Source of the DNA: Phoronis australis
Taxonomy: Eukaryota > Animalia > Phoronida
DNA length: 64,000 nucleotides
Direction of reading: 5' to 3'
NCBI GenBank assembly: GCA_002633005.1
Contig: NMRA01000085.1
Coordinates: forward strand, 784,565-848,564
Part shown: one piece after another, positions 33,601 through 40,700 of the stretch
How positions within the stretch are numbered: position 1 is the first letter of the stretch
How the letters are laid out: every line of letters starts with the position of its first letter
The notes under the pieces: generated by a model
Told to the model about the DNA's origin: nothing
Database searches by the model: none
What the model saw: the letters and a program-made list of their open reading frames with translations, nothing else
Program-made: the position numbers and the translations under genes

Positions 33601-35481
33601 CTATTTGATTAACTTGGGATACATTCTTCTTACTGTGAAGGGAATTTGATCCTTTTAATTGATTTTTATCAAAATAAATTATTAAATATAGTAATTTTTC
33701 AAACTGACTCTGTGAGCATGTCACACAGTGCAAACACTATGTCTGATTAGATGAAGTGCTCTTTTTGTTTTGTTTTTTTTTTTGTTTCTGATATCATTGC
33801 ACAAGTCAAAGATCAATGTATTACATATTGAAGCTTAGACTGAAAATCGACAGGCAGTTATCAGAACATAAAGGCAAGAGAACAGAGCTTACGCAAAGCC
33901 TACTTACTCACTGCGACGATCTTCTGTTTTCCAGAAATTATAGTGTCAGTTGTAAAAAGGTTCAGAATACCTTAAACTAGCTCAGGCCGAGAATTTTTAT
34001 TCGAGTAAGGAAAATCCAACTTATCTGATGAGCTGAGCACACACACTAGAAACAACTGTGTGGCAGGTGAAACTTTTCGGACAAAAAAGTGGATAGGAAG
34101 ATAGAGAGATAATGAGAGTTGACATTAATTTAGCAGTTGGTCTTGCAAACAAAACTGGTTCAACACTCGACTAATTTGATGGTAGCTTGCTGAAGTTTTA
34201 TGTTATTTGTGTCTATTCTCTGGTGTCCTTGTGTAAACCATGTGCCAAAAGACCGAGTTATAACAAGATCGTGAAATATATCAGTCTTTGTGTGCCTTGT
34301 TATGGTTTGGCTATTTGCTTTATTCCTGTACACGCGAGGGTAGACACATATACCGTAAATCTAAGCGTGCTTACACCAGTCTGTGGTAAAATCTGACCGA
34401 TTTAGGACGCAATATGGCTGACTGGTGAAATATATTTTCTCTTCTTTTCATATTAGATATATACTTTAGCATGTATGTATGTATGATGTCTATTATCACA
34501 CAAAGTTTTGAAAGCTGGGAACCCACAACAATATAAGAATATGGTGCAAAGATTTTAAGTCTTGTCAGCACGCCATCTGTTGGCCACATCACGTGACCTA
34601 ATGAATATAAGTCTGAAAAGATTTCTGCCCCCGACTGGGACTGGAACCTGGGACCTTCTTCTAAACATGCAGACGGTTTAGTCACTGAGCCATCGTGATG
34701 TGGCCAACAGATGGCATGCTGACAAGACTTAAAATGTTTGCAACATATTTTCCATTCCATATTGAGATTGACATATTCATAAACAAATGTAAGAATACTT
34801 TGAAAATGATAAAGCGGCAATCTTACCAGAGACTTAACCATAGTGTACAGATAGAGAGGGTTCATATCAACATGTTTTAGGTATTGACGCTTACAATATT
34901 GTTTTAGGGGAGACTTTTACATGCTGTGAACATTTCTTTTACATTCATTTATGGCATTTTATTTTCAGAGTCAGCAACAGAATCAGGAGCAGCAGGTTGG
35001 TCACAACCAGTATGGCTCACAACAACAATATGGCTCACAACAACAATATGGTTCTCAGCAACAACAATATGACTCCCAGCAACAACAATATGGCTCACAG
35101 CGACAACATGACTCCCAACAACATGACTCCCAGCAACAATATGGCGCCCAGCAACAACAATATGGCTCCCAACAATATGGCTCTCAACAACAATATGGCT
35201 CCCAACAACAATATGGCTCCCAACAACAGCAGCAACAATCTGAGTCACAATCATATTACCAAAATCAGTACACAGGTGGCGCTCCAACATCACTGCAACC
35301 TCCATCACAACAAGAGCAGAATGAAGCTCCAACCCCTGTTGCTGACGGGCAGCAAGAGGCAGCCCAGATGCCACCAATGGCAACACCTATGATGTTCAAT
35401 CCATCTCAGTTAACGACGAGCTCGTATCAAGCGCCATCGCAGAAAATGCGCTTCGGGCAAAGACGCCCGTACCCAAAATGA
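1..35481 (+). CDS. SEC16: SEC16 (protein transport protein Sec16A-like), multi-exon gene, 5' end lies upstream of the window
   Basis: Spliced translation gives Sec16 hallmarks: [105 protein letters not shown]-terminal [38 protein letters not shown]. All junctions are GT-AG with compatible phases; stop TGA at 35479-35481. Confidence 0.96.
1153..1368 (+). CDS. SEC16: SEC16 exon, Arg/Asp/Tyr-rich
   Basis: ttatccag| acceptor; [17 protein letters not shown]...DKNY; donor G|GTTTGT. Confidence 0.85.
1730..2237. mobile_element. hAT-like MITE, TIR CAGGGCTTGGAAT, 6-bp TSD TATTTT
   Basis: CAGGGCTTGGAAT...ATTCCAAGCCCTG flanked by TATTTT on both sides. Confidence 0.75.
2485..2602 (+). CDS. SEC16: SEC16 exon
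   Basis: ctcttctag|; [10 protein letters not shown]...YYLQYYGDP; AG|GTAATT. Confidence 0.85.
3213..3347 (+). CDS. SEC16: SEC16 exon
   Basis: ctcttcag|; IAEHYVQQ...[10 protein letters not shown]; AG|GTAAGG. Confidence 0.88.
3808..3944 (+). CDS. SEC16: SEC16 exon
   Basis: tttgtag|; [16 protein letters not shown]...; G|GTAAAT. Confidence 0.87.
4727..4943 (+). CDS. SEC16: SEC16 exon, start of central conserved domain
   Basis: [25 protein letters not shown]...RAFPGPLV; AA|GTGAGT. Confidence 0.93.
5744..5882 (+). CDS. SEC16: SEC16 exon (central conserved domain)
   Basis: [13 protein letters not shown]...LLIKQNG; |GTGAGT. Confidence 0.94.
6470..6691 (+). CDS. SEC16: SEC16 exon (central conserved domain)
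   Basis: [12 protein letters not shown]...[12 protein letters not shown]; |GTGTGA. Confidence 0.93.
7047..7229 (+). CDS. SEC16: SEC16 exon (central conserved domain)
   Basis: [23 protein letters not shown]...SGRQPAAST; |GTTAGT. Confidence 0.95.
8797..8914 (+). CDS. SEC16: SEC16 exon (central conserved domain)
   Basis: [14 protein letters not shown]...LGDTL; G|GTGAGT. Confidence 0.95.
9123..9234 (+). CDS. SEC16: SEC16 exon (central conserved domain)
   Basis: [20 protein letters not shown]...LIGSNH; GG|GTGAGT. Confidence 0.95.
9423..9582 (+). CDS. SEC16: SEC16 exon (central conserved domain)
   Basis: [16 protein letters not shown]...[13 protein letters not shown]; |GTGAGC. Confidence 0.95.
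10087..10173 (+). CDS. SEC16: SEC16 exon
   Basis: [12 protein letters not shown]...NVYE; |GTGAGT. Confidence 0.93.
10468..10717 (+). CDS. SEC16: SEC16 exon
   Basis: [11 protein letters not shown]...EPYWLSQL; G|GTAAAA. Confidence 0.9.
11147..11451 (+). CDS. SEC16: SEC16 exon, Gln/Tyr-rich
   Basis: ttacag|; [12 protein letters not shown]...TSGQ; |GTGAGT. Confidence 0.87.
12184..12327 (+). CDS. SEC16: SEC16 exon
   Basis: ccctacag|; NQVVPPLDL...DYYNMATR; |GTGAGT, phase 0. Confidence 0.87.
13002..13154 (+). CDS. SEC16: Candidate SEC16 cassette exon (51 aa, Lys-rich)
   Basis: Pyrimidine tract + aag| acceptor, 153 nt stop-free phase 0/0, CAG|GTATAA donor. Confidence 0.6.
13829..18448 (+). CDS. 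Giant in-frame ORF/exon inside the SEC16 locus (about 1540 codons), probably an alternative SEC16 exon
   Basis: 1517-aa ORF 13895-18448 extends upstream to a strong (CT)n...ctttctag| acceptor at 13828 in phase 0, matching the phase-0 donors at 12327 and 13154. 3' end uncertain: phase-0 donors at 18166 and 18310, or stop at 18446-18448. Confidence 0.7.
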   Translation, partial: SKPPVPLNPTLSSHQRRNSNNRMARRVTFYSPPHQSAGQRPKMSSIHATPPRAMVHQFDQRNSSVQTPPASPMKRNECQQNVQRPTLVNIYPPQSPASSTSSCFHRSPLVSPVKSQLFGSPVRSPVNLIQPGSPKVLCLAESPTIPGTFGISHQFTIVREDDLVQPSPVLPSMHHELDCALGEFLVQPCPVQLSLGALGPPPRPPRKMNSGTITHKLPMSPQLRPPRRQAPSAPPHKSPMPPLVTPPIRPDVESVPHTSPMAPLPRRQTLAAIPQKSPVSPPATPLRRQAPVTVPQKLPMAPIMTPQRKPPPVTIPQSSPMPLLTTCARRQAPATVPQTLPISPLVTPLGIQVPATLPLTSPISPLVTSLDIQAPITVPQTSPISPLVTPFGIQAPVTVPQTSPISPLVTPLGIQAPATISQTSPISPLVTSLDIQAPVTVSQTSPKSPLVTPLGIQAPGTLSLTSPISPLATPLGMQAPVTVPQMSPVSPLVTPLGIQAPATIPEVSPKSPYATAPTREAPLTAPQTSPVSPQKSPSRERLDSWTLPLKSPISALPCPQVLEPPGHPKYGSMKTPTPQLSASSERSPFFADRNQRKNSVPSLNSFRRQILQDTSALIKTGEKGVNNDLVVLGLTSWEDRKMEVLSDAGVYHMIRDIEEHVMKNDGATSDHKNPISSTSEAVCHAPNEKLGVVASPTGGLGQASSTSENSQLFERQSVQVLGVVSNEESKNDVESEADVYQMMSTSEGDHLLLGEMFTSKCGCKDPDTVEAECRLSIRPLNGIDPDGSDSSTMGCEHATSGNEVVPASEVEIAPCDIVQNAGHSTGHVDSPAVNHNQAHGVCISVNDWLELSASETVSLHAERPHSMRCHDCESQNLRQKLDSYVETPSHHLDSAVPVEEPGNERDASNNNMSIVTDKLNGLTPLKQKQLTQETCLSTATSRDRCGIENESKVREIVFQQHDRIEFESETDVFHVTPSFEGSKVVNGDLTTSKYDDLSSVDEAVHHSSSGMLGNVDQGDVDSHTADHALSPSASKVDHISVTGSGCYDHIGSPTQGHIQSHTNNISTSGGSQYFSSEASFPEAKRPHSSHFHDIESQSPPQMLDSVAEIGYQDLALADFVEESLVVREVALNDSLVATGKINEPDVYRTISPTKEDHPVKCDVSKSEEENLDPVTNTDEDMCRSSCQTLPHIHKDGVVSSIYGHGEVRTYAWSGRKVKSDTVKCAGHFIDHTISPSVGHQQTSTDCSTSTSGEIILKEERSPSANSLCSELHSPRQTLDCGIDRHGQNLARAIPSVESLGVSGTSTGEELISSKTERSSSSYSLGSTSVSPRQELDRCLEQRCQDLTSTLFSEDSENESEASIRSTCFVMHEISEVGHSHTQHSRMSTSGGSQMSIAGKGNHRSDTKSVTGVYCSYSTRTSENVNEPARSGICYNRMPAEKTVANQVGIPMWEIDINSDSYSGGIRQSPQSMDHNYSVCRENAWSYMHFPVFYQVLFFVYSFRFVSFVVPADPVDIACWWHDLLIMKFFFEILSMSLLL
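14450..15430 (+). repeat. 63-bp coding tandem repeat (21 aa, [21 protein letters not shown])
   Basis: Unit starts at 14819, 14882, 14945, 15008, 15071, 15134, 15197, 15260, 15323, 15386, with more diverged units upstream. Confidence 0.93.
18873..19006. mobile_element. Short MITE with CAGGGCTTGGAA-type TIR
   Basis: CAGGGCTTGGAAA...TTTCCAAGCCCG. Confidence 0.5.
19500..19602. mobile_element. Short MITE with CAGGGCTTGGAA-type TIR (decayed)
   Basis: CTAGGCTTGGAAA...TTCCCAAGCCCTG. Confidence 0.45.
19807..20088 (+). CDS. SEC16: SEC16 exon
   Basis: tttcag|; [11 protein letters not shown]...PVDSM; |GTTTGT; phase 0/0. Confidence 0.85.
22481..22582 (+). CDS. SEC16: SEC16 exon
   Basis: ttctag|; [12 protein letters not shown]...KPVPK; |GTAAGA. 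Confidence 0.87.
23133..23216 (+). CDS. SEC16: SEC16 exon (C-terminal conserved region)
   Basis: [28 protein letters not shown]; |GTAAGT. Confidence 0.94.
23409..23508 (+). CDS. SEC16: SEC16 exon (C-terminal conserved region)
   Basis: [12 protein letters not shown]...PPAPPPPKD; G|GTAGGG. Confidence 0.93.
23650..23760 (-). mobile_element. Decayed tRNA-derived SINE head
   Basis: Minus strand GGCAGTGTTGCCTAGTGGGTTGAGTG...GGCTTCAAATCCC resembles Pol III A/B boxes. Confidence 0.4.
24388..26108 (+). mobile_element. Non-autonomous Helentron-type element (HINE/DINE-1/pearl-like) with internal satellite
   Basis: Starts in a T-run. 5' subTIR TATGCGCCCACA with adjacent inverted copy, GTCC/GTCT microsatellite, 11 monomers of ~145 bp arranged as ~440-bp trimers, 3' subTIR TGTGGGTGCATT, terminal hairpin CAACG-ctcca-CGTTG, then CTCTTGTT and a T-run. 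Confidence 0.8.
26214..26321 (+). CDS. SEC16: SEC16 exon
   Basis: ccttgcag|; SNPVPSQ...SRFSLKAR; G|GTATTA. Confidence 0.88.
26918..27049 (+). CDS. SEC16: SEC16 exon
   Basis: RTQKYVDVF...NLFIPQA; A|GTAAGT. Confidence 0.9.
27565..27728. mobile_element. Small foldback MITE remnant
   Basis: Nested inverted repeats CTTATAGG..GGGGACATCT / AGATGTCCCC..CCTGTAAG and GCTGTAGATATCTTGTAA / TTACCAGATATCTACAGC. Confidence 0.55.
28566..28627 (+). CDS. SEC16: SEC16 exon
   Basis: tttcag|; [20 protein letters not shown]; |GTAAGT; restores phase 1 to phase 0. Confidence 0.85.
30325..31175. repeat. ~424-bp tandem duplication split by a single N (probable assembly artefact)
   Basis: 30325-30747 and 30749-31175 nearly identical; N at 30748 exactly at the junction. 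Confidence 0.85.
31870..31923 (+). CDS. SEC16: SEC16 54-nt exon ([18 protein letters not shown])
   Basis: tgacag| and CAG|GTACCC, phase 0/0; resembles the LSRCSSMSSLSREVSQ segment of the vertebrate SEC16A C-terminus as I recall it. Confidence 0.75.
32090..32324. mobile_element. MITE with CATAGA termini
   Basis: ~50-bp imperfect TIRs (CATAGACTATAG...CAACTCTG / CAGAGTTG...CTATGATCTATG); flanks ATTTAAT/GTTTAAT. Confidence 0.55.
34378..34834. mobile_element. Palindromic element with tRNA-like core
   Basis: Outer imperfect IR 34378-34404/34810-34834; inner ~54-bp IR 34540-34593/34694-34747; tRNA-like sequence on minus strand ~34625-34695. Confidence 0.6.
34969..35481 (+). CDS. SEC16: SEC16 last coding exon
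   Basis: attttcag|; QQQYGS repeats then PMMFNPSQL...[10 protein letters not shown]. Confidence 0.9.
   Translation, partial: SQQQNQEQQVGHNQYGSQQQYGSQQQYGSQQQQYDSQQQQYGSQRQHDSQQHDSQQQYGAQQQQYGSQQYGSQQQYGSQQQYGSQQQQQQSESQSYYQNQYTGGAPTSLQPPSQQEQNEAPTPVADGQQEAAQMPPMATPMMFNPSQLTTSSYQAPSQKMRFGQRRPYPK
35008..35238 (+). repeat. Coding minisatellite (QQQYGS)n, ~12 units of 15-21 bp
   Basis: Repeated CAACAATATGGCTC. Confidence 0.9.
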
Positions 35482-36878
35482 AGTAAAGCAGTTTTTGGTA
35501 GGGTATTAGTTCACCTTTATTTTATCCTGTGAAGAGAATAATCAGTTATATTTCATTCACATTTACATTTATAGGGTGGGTCGTGTGAGGAAACCAGCTT
35601 GACGATTTCCTTTTAAGACTGATTTTGCTAGTTCTAAATGGTTATTAGTGTCGTAGTTTTAAATTAATATCCAGTTCCAGTTCATCTGAATATTGGGAAT
35701 CCTGGGGGAAATTGCTGGATTTCAGAATGTCAATGTAAAAGCTTATTGGGGACTTACGATTACTGTACTTAGTTCTATGGGCCAATTGCAAAATCTCTAT
35801 ATATTTCTAATGGTTCAGTTTAATGGTGGACCGAAATGTTTTATTTTGGTGTTGACATCTGATGTGATATGAGTAGGTAAATTTGCTAGTTTGAAACTGA
35901 ATTCAACAATGTATCTTTACTTGCCAGTGCTATTGGTGATGCAGATTTCGAATCTTCCGGAACTGCTTTATCAAATGTCCTCCGTTTGGCTTAGCCATGG
36001 TGGCCATAACTTGGAATTTAGCTAACCTGGCCAGTTGCAACATGACTTCTAAAAACACATCGTTTTGTTAGTACTAGCCTCCCACTGATAATCACAACTA
36101 CAACCTGAATTAAGAGCATTTGATAAAATGAGCATCGGTGTTTTCTACCCGGTAGTGTGTTAGGAGTGACAGTGAGAAGTAGCTATCTTGCCCAGTTGCT
36201 TAGTTTGACTGGTGGCTCTTGACAAACTTTGAAAATGTTCAAGTGAACTTTGTTTTATGTATCCATTAATTTGTGGTCGTCATTGAGTTTGGTGGAGATA
36301 ATGTTAACAAATCGCATGTTACTGTGCCGCTGGTTAAAAAGTTAGTTGGTTAAACATTTAATATACAAGTTTTCACTTGTTTTGAAACGCGAGGGTTCTA
36401 GTATTTGATAGATTTTGTGATTAATCTTTTTACAGTTTCTCGAAATTTTGCTGGCCCAAAGTTTTAATTGTTCTGAACAGGCAAATACTTTAGTGGTGAG
36501 GGAAAGAAAAAATTTGCTGGGATAGACGGTTGTGCATTCTTTGTCATGAGGGAATGCTCTAGTCTCTTACTTGTTCTGTGCATTTGAACTGTTTTGTTCA
36601 TCATGTGATGGATAGGTTATGCCAAAACTGTTTTCATTGTGAGCTCGCAAAATTCAGATTTTTGAGAAACTGTGGAGAGGTTATTTTCACGAGTTGAAAC
36701 AACCAAAGCAATTTGCGTGCACTAGCTAGAATGTGTAAGCTTATTTTATTAAGATGTCAACTCATTTGAGAAATTTGGTTGCTGTGACCAATGTAAGGTG
36801 ATTTGTGTCTAGGTGCTTCTCGTCTTGGGGGGTTATGTAAGAAGGAGGTGTTTGTTGTAAAGTATTTGAAATTTATTC

Positions 36879-36884
36879 AATAAA
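36879..36884 (+). terminator. Likely SEC16 polyadenylation signal
   Basis: AATAAA followed by a GT/T-rich tract, ~1.4 kb after the stop codon. Confidence 0.55.
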
Positions 36885-37236
36885 ATATTGTTATTGTTAT
36901 TTTGGCGTTTTTGTTCAACTTTTCCAAAAATGAGGCAGTTTTAGCTGCTAACACAATGCCTTGGAATATAATTCCATAGTATTTCAGTGTGAGATTATGT
37001 AATAAATAGGCTGTAACCGTCTGAATTGCTAGGGAAATCCTACTGACCAACTGAAAGGCTTTCTTGAGATGGTTCGATATTCTTCAGTTGATCGGAAATG
37101 CACGTAGACCCCTATCAGGTTTTAAAAAGTTATACAACCTGTTTCATGACCGTAAGAAGGCTAATTAGAGCTAAGCAATGTGAAATGCAGCATTGAATTA
37201 GCTAGAATCATCGTCTACGGCTAGACTTACCTATAC

Positions 37237-37473
37237 CAGAGGCGGATCTACAGGGGGGGTTCAGGGGGTTTAAACCCCCCTCAGGACAGGATCAAAAATA
37301 AGAACTGGAAAAAAATCGCCAGAAAACCGAAATTAGCTACTAAAAATCCAAAAAAATCTTACACGGGAGGAGGGAAACCCTCTCGCGACCTTCCTTCTCC
37401 TCGGCGCTGCGCGCCTCGGATTGTTTCGAATCCTAACCCCCCCCCCCTTACTGAAATCGTAGATCTGCCACTG
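37237..37473. mobile_element. hAT-like MITE (CAGWGGCGGATCTA TIR)
   Basis: CAGAGGCGGATCTAC...GTAGATCTGCCACTG; a related partial copy lies at 58161-58302. Confidence 0.7.
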
Positions 37474-37632
37474 TAGTACTCATTGTCTAGGCTATGAATT
37501 TATTTTACCAAGTTCCACGATCGCACCAAAACATCGATTCTGGGGTCACCTACTCGGATCTTCAACACAAGTGTGTTCTTGCAAACTGGTGAGATATGTT
37601 GAAACTAGGAACCAGTACCGAGGCTCTTACAG

Positions 37633-37756
37633 CGCCATTGCATTGTTATTCGTACGACTATGTTTGGGGTAAGTCTTTCCGGTACGACCTCGTTGTGTTG
37701 TCGGCTGCGAATTAAACTCGTTAAACTTACAACTCTTTTGTCTAGTTTTTCTGGCG
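37633..37756 (+). repeat. 5' LTR
   Basis: Direct repeat of 44419-44541; followed immediately by the PBS. Confidence 0.93.
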
Positions 37757-37767
37757 TGGTGACAGCG
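37757..37767 (+). promoter_or_regulatory. Primer binding site (probably tRNA-Leu)
   Basis: TGGTGACAGCG is complementary to a tRNA 3' end ...CGCTGTCA-CCA; tRNA identity is inferred. Confidence 0.7.
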
Positions 37768-37769
37768 AC

Positions 37770-40700
37770 ATGGCTACAACCCGAGCTCCAAAACAGTGGC
37801 CGCTCATTAAAAATGAGACCATTACTTCATTTGGTAGCTGGAGGCAGAATTTATTATACACTTGGACCCTCACTTTGCGCCATTTCTTGTCGGCGGCGTT
37901 AGTTGGCTAAAAAGACAGCCTCTGCTCCACTGCGTGGTCTGACCGAAGACCCCGATGACACCCCAGAACCGCAGCGGCGTTCTGCTCACATGAAACTGGC
38001 TCATTTAGAGCTCATGCTGGGACAAATTGCCAATTTTTGTCTCGTCATATGCCGTAATTCTATCGTGAAGTCATCCACCTCTGTCCAGGACATTTGGCAG
38101 AAAATTCGACAACATTTCGGATTCGCTTCCACAGGAGCACATTTCTTAGACCTGGGACTCGTATCATTGGTTCCAAATGAACGTCCTGAAGACCTATTCC
38201 AGCGCCTTACTGCTTTTTATGAAGATAACTTACTCACCGTTGGGTGTGGCATAACGCATCATGGCGAGGCTGTCGACGAAGACATGACTCCCTCCCTCGA
38301 AAATACTATTGTGTTCTTATCTAGGACCAATATGTATATTACTCCCAGGTTCTTGTGGTTACAGATGGTCAACTCAGGTTTACCCCAACTTGTTAAAGTC
38401 CTTCTTGCAAACTGCCCATGTGGTTCGAGTATCCGAAAATACTTAATACATAAATTCTTATTAGTTTCGACACCCTTTCTTTATATTCTTTTCGCCTTTC
38501 TTGCCAAAAGCGATTTTTAACTGTATTTGACCCTTCTCTCTGAGCGTATGATTACCGGTTGTCATCGGTTATTTCCGTACCCACATTTCCGGCTCATCGG
38601 TTCAGGAACTTGTCCTGAACGCCGCCATTTTTTCCTTGTAACTGAAAGGGCTATGGCTTGCTCGAAAAGTCTTCATTATTTTGTTTTATTAGTAATATAT
38701 CGTGATTCGTTTGCATATGTAGTGTATTTATAGTTTGTAGTTAGTGGTGGTTGATTTTTTTGGAATGTTACGCGTACTTAGTATGTTAAAATAGCATTGG
38801 TGTTTAGTTCCTTACGTAGGCGGGTCCAATCTAGGAACCAATATGGGTCGAACCAATTTTTTTTCGGTTTTATTTTTTTCCTCGTTTTGAAAAAGTACTT
38901 TGCTATCATCGGAAAGGTAGTACATTCTACTCAGTAAAAATCGAAAAAGTATCAAAATCGGGGCAAGCACTGTAAAGTTATTGCAAGTTTTGTGGCGAAA
39001 TTTGGGTCACTTTGTTTGGATCGCGTCGGCCATATTGGAGGACAGCGGGATGAGTTACGAGTTTAAAACTTTGTGTAAATTGTTTTCGCCAACAAATTAC
39101 GGTAAAATTTAGTTAGACATATCTTTACTTACAATTCTGCACGATTTAGCAGTGTTCACCAAAATTCAGCCTCGCAGTTGTTACTCATTAAGTGATAAAT
39201 GTGCTCACAATTCCCGTTGGACTTCGATCGTCTCATTTCTGGCGGCACCTACAATGTCGACTTTTGCTGAACTGAAAGGCATGTTCAATCGGCTACTTTG
39301 TAATTTGTGAAGATTTAACGTTGATACATTTTGACAAACGTTGCTACAAAAAAGAAACTTTGTTCAATTTTCGTGTTTTTTGTGTTTGTGGCCAGCGACC
39401 AGTTAGGCCTAAGGGTAGTCTTGGCGCAAAGCTGGATAGGCCTACTAACAAGCTGTATTTTGACTATAGTCTTCACTGGTAGCTGGTGACTGAGGCTAAC
39501 TAAGGTCTGCCGCGGCAGTGTGACACAGGACTAACCAGCCCGTAATTTCATGCAAGTGTCTGAAACTACCCTTGAATATATGCAGCATTTATCATTTGAC
39601 CATTTTACTTCGACAAAACAGCTTGCAACCGCATGCATTTACCGTTCGCCAGTGTCTGGTCTCGATCCGCACCGGGTCCGATAGGCTGCGGTCCCGAGTC
39701 TGGCAAAATAATTTCTGTCAAAATTTATTCGCCACATTTCTTCAGCAAATTCCATAAAATTGTCCGTAGTTTGATTTTATCAAAATTAAGGCGCGCTGTC
39801 GATTTTTTTATCCCCGTTTGCTGGCTGGTAACAGTACAGGCACTGCTCCAGTCGCACTGACGGCGTTTTCTTAGCCTGGGTTCCTGAATGAATTGTACTT
39901 CCGGGTTCGCGGCAAGTTCAAAATGGCGGTGTTTCTTCGGGTGCGAATCGTGAGTGGCGCGTTCATTTAAACTGTTTTCGAGTACGGATCGTGTATTAGT
40001 TATGGGGTAAGTACTTCTTGGATCCTTATAACATCTTCTAACCATGTAATAAGGGTTTACAATAACGCGTGAGAGAAGGACTTTAAGCAACGATATGGCG
40101 CGGAGTTGCGCAACAAGTCCCTTGCCTCCATCAAGACTGAAATTTCTCACTACTTTGATGAGCTTAGGTGCATCGAGGCCACTCGCTCCATGAGTCCATG
40201 CGCATAACCAGCTCGAAGACAAACCCCCCTCGCCGCCGTAGAACCCGTCGTGCGCGTTATGCACCACCGGCCGCCGTACTCCCTCATACCACTTCTTGTC
40301 TCGGTGCCCGTTCCTCCCACCTGACGACAAGCGCGCCTTTCTCAAGGCCCGGTCCACCGACGTTGACGAGGCCACCGAGGAGGACTTCGCTCAAGACACA
40401 ATATCTTGTGAGCAGTTCTGCCCTGACTCCGCTGTCGCGCTTCGCGTCCACATAGTCCACGGCAGTCTCCTTATCTCGACACATTTATTGGTCAAACCCC
40501 GGTGCGTTTGACATTTGATTGTGGCCCCACAGGAAACATGATTAGCGCATCGTGTGCACGTTGGTTGGGCGCAAAAGTTCGTAAAAATTCCCAAACCGCC
40601 TTCCAGGCCGATGGTACATCTACTCTACAGGTTGTGGGGGACACTCGACTTGTCTTCACACGTGACAAGCATTCCTTCGTTTTGCACGGTCTTGTTATCG

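Noticed and set aside
34625-34695. Functional tRNA gene
   Set aside because: Stems and boxes are imperfect and it sits inside a palindromic repeat; treated as tRNA-derived sequence
34949-35392. VVGSHI- and NNNMAP-repeat ORFs
   Set aside because: Other frames of the QQQYGS repeat; only the Q frame joins SEC16 splicing and the conserved tail
39725-40375. 216-aa minus-strand ORF
   Set aside because: Runs across the insertion/gag junction antisense to gag; no recognisable motifs
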